Source of the DNA: Macrostomum lignano | Taxonomy: Eukaryota | Assembly (NCBI GenBank): GCA_002269645.1 | Contig: NIVC01005155.1 | Coordinates: forward strand, 1-24,550 | Length of the DNA: 24,550 bases | Direction: 5' to 3' | Shown: positions 18,401-24,550 of the stretch, piece by piece | How the letters are laid out: every line of letters begins with the position of its first letter | Position numbering within the stretch: the first letter of the stretch is position 1 | Notes under the pieces: generated by a model | What the model was told of the DNA's origin: nothing | The model's input: the letters and a program-made list of their open reading frames with translations, nothing else | The model's database searches: none | Made by a program: the position numbers and the translations under genes

Positions 18401-21400
18401 TTTGTTTAGACAAATAGACACGGTTTAAGCTAGAGGCGCAGTTGCCTTCTAATAACTACACCAAGCAGTCTCGCGCATGCACAGGCGTTCGAAAATACGC
18501 TCACGGCGTGTTATTCTGCTTCCGTGCACTTGTATTTTGCACGCAGTCAGTTTGTTTAGACAAATAGACACGGTTTAAGCTAGAGGCGCAGTTGCCTTCT
18601 AATAACTACACCAAGCAGTCTCGCGCATGCACAGGCGTTCGAAAATACGCTCACGGCGTGTTATTCTGCTTCCGTGCACTTGTATTTTGCACGCAGTCAG
18701 TTTGTTTAGACAAATAGACACGGTTTAAGCTAGAGGCGCAGTTGCCTTCTAATAACTACACCAAGCAGTCTCGCGCATGCACAGGCGTTCGAAAATACGC
18801 TCACGGCGTGTTATTCTGCTTCCGTGCACTTGTATTTTGCACGCAGTCAGTTTGTTTAGACAAATAGACACGGTTTAAGCTAGAGGCGCAGTTGCCTTCT
18901 AATAACTACACCAAGCAGTCTCGCGCATGCACAGGCGTTCGAAAATACGCTCACGGCGTGTTATTCTGCTTCCGTGCACTTGTATTTTGCACGCAGTCAG
19001 TTTGTTTAGACAAATAGACACGGTTTAAGCTAGAGGCGCAGTTGCCTTCTAATAACTACACCAAGCAGTCTCGCGCATGCACAGGCGTTCGAAAATACGC
19101 TCACGGCGTGTTATTCTGCTTCCGTGCACTTGTATTTTGCACGCAGTCAGTTTCTTTAGACAAATAGACACGGTTTAAGCTAGAGGCGCAGTTGCCTTCT
19201 AATAACTACACCAAGCAGTCTCGCGCATGCACAGGCGTTCGAAAATACGCTCACGGCGTGTTATTCTGCTTCCGTGCACTTGTATTTTGCACGCAGTCAG
19301 TTTGTTTAGACAAATAGACACGGTTTAAGCTAGAGGCGCAGTTGCCTTCTAATAACTACACCAAGCAGTCTCGCGCATGCACAGGCGTTCGAAAATACGC
19401 TCACGGCGTGTTATTCTGCTTCCGTGCACTTGTATTTTGCACGCAGTCAGTTTGTTTAGACAAATAGACACGGTTTAAGCTAGAGGCGCAGTTGCCTTCT
19501 AATAACTACACCAAGCAGTCTCGCGCATGCACAGGCGTTCGAAAATACGCTCACGGCGTGTTATTCTGCTTCCGTGCACTTGTATTTTGCACGCAGTCAG
19601 TTTGTTTAGACAAATAGACACGGTTTAAGCTAGAGGCGCAGTTGCCTTCTAATAACTACACCAAGCAGTCTCGCGCATGCACAGGCGTTCGAAAATACGC
19701 TCACGGCGTGTTATTCTGCTTCCGTGCACTTGTATTTTGCACGCAGTCAGTTTGTTTAGACAAATAGACACGGTTTAAGCTAGAGGCGCAGTTGCCTTCT
19801 AATAACTACACCAAGCAGTCTCGCGCATGCACAGGCGTTCGAAAATACGCTCACGGCGTGTTATTCTGCTTCCGTGCACTTGTATTTTGCACGCAGTCAG
19901 TTTGTTTAGACAAATAGACACGGTTTAAGCTAGAGGCGCAGTTGCCTTCTAATAACTACACCAAGCAGTCTCGCGCATGCACAGGCGTTCGAAAATACGC
20001 TCACGGCGTGTTATTCTGCTTCCGTGCACTTGTATTTTGCACGCAGTCAGTTTGTTTAGACAAATAGACACGGTTTAAGCTAGAGGCGCAGTTGCCTTCT
20101 AATAACTACACCAAGCAGTCTCGCGCATGCACAGGCGTTCGAAAATACGCTCACGGCGTGTTATTCTGCTTCCGTGCACTTGTATTTTGCACGCAGTCAG
20201 TTTGTTTAGACAAATAGACACGGTTTAAGCTAGAGGCGCAGTTGCCTTCTAATAACTACACCAAGCAGTCTCGCGCATGCACAGGCGTTCGAAAATACGC
20301 TCACGGCGTGTTATTCTGCTTCCGTGCACTTGTATTTTGCACGCAGTCAGTTTGTTTAGACAAATAGACACGGTTTAAGCTAGAGGCGCAGTTGCCTTCT
20401 AATAACTACACCAAGCAGTCTCGCGCATGCACAGGCGTTCGAAAATACGCTCACGGCGTGTTATTCTGCTTCCGTGCACTTGTATTTTGCACGCAGTCAG
20501 TTTGTTTAGACAAATAGACACGGTTTAAGCTAGAGGCGCAGTTGCCTTCTAATAACTACACCAAGCAGTCTCGCGCATGCACAGGCGTTCGAAAATACGC
20601 TCACGGCGTGTTATTCTGCTTCCGTGCACTTGTATTTTGCACGCAGTCAGTTTGTTTAGACAAATAGACACGGTTTAAGCTAGAGGCGCAGTTGCCTTCT
20701 AATAACTACACCAAGCAGTCTCGCGCATGCACAGGCGTTCGAAAATACGCTCACGGCGTGTTATTCTGCTTCCGTGCACTTGTATTTTGCACGCAGTCAG
20801 TTTGTTTAGACAAATAGACACGGTTTAAGCTAGAGGCGCAGTTGCCTTCTAATAACTACACCAAGCAGTCTCGCGCATGCACAGGCGTTCGAAAATACGC
20901 TCACGGCGTGTTATTCTGCTTCCGTGCACTTGTATTTTGCACGCAGTCAGTTTGTTTAGACAAATAGACACGGTTTAAGCTAGAGGCGCAGTTGCCTTCT
21001 AATAACTACACCAAGCAGTCTCGCGCATGCACAGGCGTTCGAAAATACGCTCACGGCGTGTTATTCTGCTTCCGTGCACTTGTATTTTGCACGCAGTCAG
21101 TTTGTTTAGACAAATAGACACGGTTTAAGCTAGAGGCGCAGTTGCCTTCTAATAACTACACCAAGCAGTCTCGCGCATGCACAGGCGTTCGAAAATACGC
21201 TCACGGCGTGTTATTCTGCTTCCGTGCACTTGTATTTTGCACGCAGTCAGTTTGTTTAGACAAATAGACACGGTTTAAGCTAGAGGCGCAGTTGCCTTCT
21301 AATAACTACACCAAGCAGTCTCGCGCATGCACAGGCGTTCGAAAATACGCTCACGGCGTGTTATTCTGCTTCCGTGCACTTGTATTTTGCACGCAGTCAG

Positions 21401-24400
21401 TTTGTTTAGACAAATAGACACGGTTTAAGCTAGAGGCGCAGTTGCCTTCTAATAACTACACCAAGCAGTCTCGCGCATGCACAGGCGTTCGAAAATACGC
21501 TCACGGCGTGTTATTCTGCTTCCGTGCACTTGTATTTTGCACGCAGTCAGTTTGTTTAGACAAATAGACACGGTTTAAGCTAGAGGCGCAGTTGCCTTCT
21601 AATAACTACACCAAGCAGTCTCGCGCATGCACAGGCGTTCGAAAATACGCTCACGGCGTGTTATTCTGCTTCCGTGCACTTGTATTTTGCACGCAGTCAG
21701 TTTGTTTAGACAAATAGACACGGTTTAAGCTAGAGGCGCAGTTGCCTTCTAATAACTACACCAAGCAGTCTCGCGCATGCACAGGCGTTCGAAAATACGC
21801 TCACGGCGTGTTATTCTGCTTCCGTGCACTTGTATTTTGCACGCAGTCAGTTTGTTTAGACAAATAGACACGGTTTAAGCTAGAGGCGCAGTTGCCTTCT
21901 AATAACTACACCAAGCAGTCTCGCGCATGCACAGGCGTTCGAAAATACGCTCACGGCGTGTTATTCTGCTTCCGTGCACTTGTATTTTGCACGCAGTCAG
22001 TTTGTTTAGACAAATAGACACGGTTTAAGCTAGAGGCGCAGTTGCCTTCTAATAACTACACCAAGCAGTCTCGCGCATGCACAGGCGTTCGAAAATACGC
22101 TCACGGCGTGTTATTCTGCTTCCGTGCACTTGTATTTTGCACGCAGTCAGTTTGTTTAGACAAATAGACACGGTTTAAGCTAGAGGCGCAGTTGCCTTCT
22201 AATAACTACACCAAGCAGTCTCGCGCATGCACAGGCGTTCGAAAATACGCTCACGGCGTGTTATTCTGCTTCCGTGCACTTGTATTTTGCACGCAGTCAG
22301 TTTGTTTAGACAAATAGACACGGTTTAAGCTAGAGGCGCAGTTGCCTTCTAATAACTACACCAAGCAGTCTCGCGCATGCACAGGCGTTCGAAAATACGC
22401 TCACGGCGTGTTATTCTGCTTCCGTGCACTTGTATTTTGCACGCAGTCAGTTTGTTTAGACAAATAGACACGGTTTAAGCTAGAGGCGCAGTTGCCTTCT
22501 AATAACTACACCAAGCAGTCTCGCGCATGCACAGGCGTTCGAAAATACGCTCACGGCGTGTTATTCTGCTTCCGTGCACTTGTATTTTGCACGCAGTCAG
22601 TTTCTTTAGACAAATAGACACGGTTTAAGCTAGAGGCGCAGTTGCCTTCTAATAACTACACCAAGCAGTCTCGCGCATGCACAGGCGTTCGAAAATACGC
22701 TCACGGCGTGTTATTCTGCTTCCGTGCACTTGTATTTTGCACGCAGTCAGTTTCTTTAGACAAATAGACACGGTTTAAGCTAGAGGCGCAGTTGCCTTCT
22801 AATAACTACACCAAGCAGTCTCGCGCATGCACAGGCGTTCGAAAATACGCTCACGGCGTGTTATTCTGCTTCCGTGCACTTGTATTTTGCACGCAGTCAG
22901 TTTCTTTAGACAAATAGACACGGTTTAAGCTAGAGGCGCAGTTGCCTTCTAATAACTACACCAAGCAGTCTCGCGCATGCACAGGCGTTCGAAAATACGC
23001 TCACGGCGTGTTATTCTGCTTCCGTGCACTTGTATTTTGCACGCAGTCAGTTTCTTTAGACAAATAGACACGGTTTAAGCTAGAGGCGCAGTTGCCTTCT
23101 AATAACTACACCAAGCAGTCTCGCGCATGCACAGGCGTTCGAAAATACGCTCACGGCGTGTTATTCTGCTTCCGTGCACTTGTATTTTGCACGCAGTCAG
23201 TTTCTTTAGACAAATAGACACGGTTTAAGCTAGAGCGCAGTTGCCTTCTAATAACTACACCAAGCAGTCTCGCGCATGCACAGGCGTTCGAAAATACGCT
23301 CACGGCGTGTTATTCTGCTTCCGTGCACTTGTATTTTGCACGCAGTCAGTTTCTTTAGACAAATAGACACGGTTTAAGCTAGAGGCGCAGTTGCCTTCTA
23401 ATAACTACACCAAGCAGTCTCGCGCATGCACAGGCGTTCGAAAATACGCTCACGGCGTGTTATTCTGCTTCCGTGCACTTGTATTTTGCACGCAGTCAGT
23501 TTCTTTAGACAAATAGACACGGTTTAAGCTAGAGGCGCAGTTGCCTTCTAATAACTACACCAAGCAGTCTCGCGCATGCACAGGCGTTCGAAAATACGCT
23601 CACGGCGTGTTATTCTGCTTCCGTGCACTTGTATTTTGCACGCAGTCAGTTTCTTTAGACAAATAGACACGGTTTAAGCTAGAGGCAGTTGCCTTCTAAT
23701 AACTACACCAAGCAGTCTCGCGCATGCACAGGCGTTCGAAAATACGCTCACGGCGTGTTATTCTGCTTCGTGCACTTGTATTTACGCAGTCAGTTTCTTT
23801 AGACAAATAGACACGGTTTAAGCTAGAGCGCAGTTGCCTTCTAATAACTACACCAAGCAGTCTCGCGCATGCACAGGCGTTGAAAATACGCTCACGCGTG
23901 TTATTCTACTTTTATTTTGCACGCAGTCAGTGCACTTGTATTTTGCACGCAGAAAGACACGGTTTAAGCTAAGAGCGCAGTCCTTCTAATAACTACACCA
24001 AGGCAGTCTCGCGCAGAAACAGGCGTTGAAAATACGCTCACGCGTGTTATTCTGCTTTGTATTTTGCACGCAGTCAGTTTGTCGACAATAACACGGTTTA
24101 AGCTAGAGGCGCAGTGCCTTCTAATAACTACACCAAGCAGTCTCGCGCATGCACAGGCGTTCGAAAAAATACGCTCACGCGTATTCTGCTAGTGCCTTGT
24201 ATTTTGCACGCAGTCAGTTCTTTAGACAAATAGACACGGTTTAAGCTAGAGCGCAGTTTCCCTTAATAACTACACCAAGGCATCTCGCGCATGCACAGGC
24301 GTTCGAAAATACGCTCACGGCGTGTTATTCTGTTCCGTGCACTTGTATTTGCACGCAGTCAGTATTTCTTCTACAAATAGACACGGTTTAAGCTAGCATT

Positions 24401-24550
24401 TGCCTTCTATACTACACGAACACATCTCGCGCATGCACAGCGTTCGAAAATACGCTCACCGCGTGTTATTCTGCTTCCATAAAAAAGTCGTTCCTTAGAC
24501 AAATAGACACGTTTAAGCTAGAGGCGCAGTTGCCTTCTAATAACTACACC
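15417..24550 (+). repeat. 150-bp tandem satellite array, about 61 copies, open at the window end
   Basis: gacacggtttaagctagaggcgcag... recurs every 150 bp from 15417. Copies are identical to about 23235 apart from one g/c site, then accumulate indels. Confidence 0.99.

Noticed and set aside
23236-24550. Progressive degeneration of satellite monomers toward the window end
   Set aside because: Mostly scattered 1-3-bp indels that rise steadily toward the end, typical of low-coverage long-read consensus error at a contig end. Not accepted as biological without read support.

Overview
Eukaryotic, AT-rich, repeat-saturated genomic DNA with no recognisable intact host gene; the CpG-decay patterns suggest an invertebrate-like host with CpG methylation (inference). 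In order, the window holds: a small TIR element (498-1319); two adjacent minisatellites (about 1972-3243), possibly inside a TTAA-flanked element; a miniature non-autonomous LTR retroelement with TG..CA ends, PBS, PPT and 4-bp TSD (4554-5872); three related non-autonomous DNA transposons nested inside one another, each with CCATA..TATGG termini and its own 8-bp TSD (6857-8596); a 4.3-kb Foldback-type element (9330-13666, 9-bp TSD) whose inverted arms are 177-bp tandem arrays and whose entire loop is a GC-rich, doubly truncated, internally deleted RTE-like LINE fragment (AP endonuclease + reverse transcriptase); a 1051-bp long-TIR element with 8-bp TSD (13932-14982); and more than 9 kb of a near-identical 150-bp satellite running off the right end (15417-24550). 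The most striking observations are the retrotransposon fragment held between foldback arms and the triple nesting of an unusual CC..GG / 8-bp-TSD transposon group. All calls are by eye; superfamily assignments need database checks.
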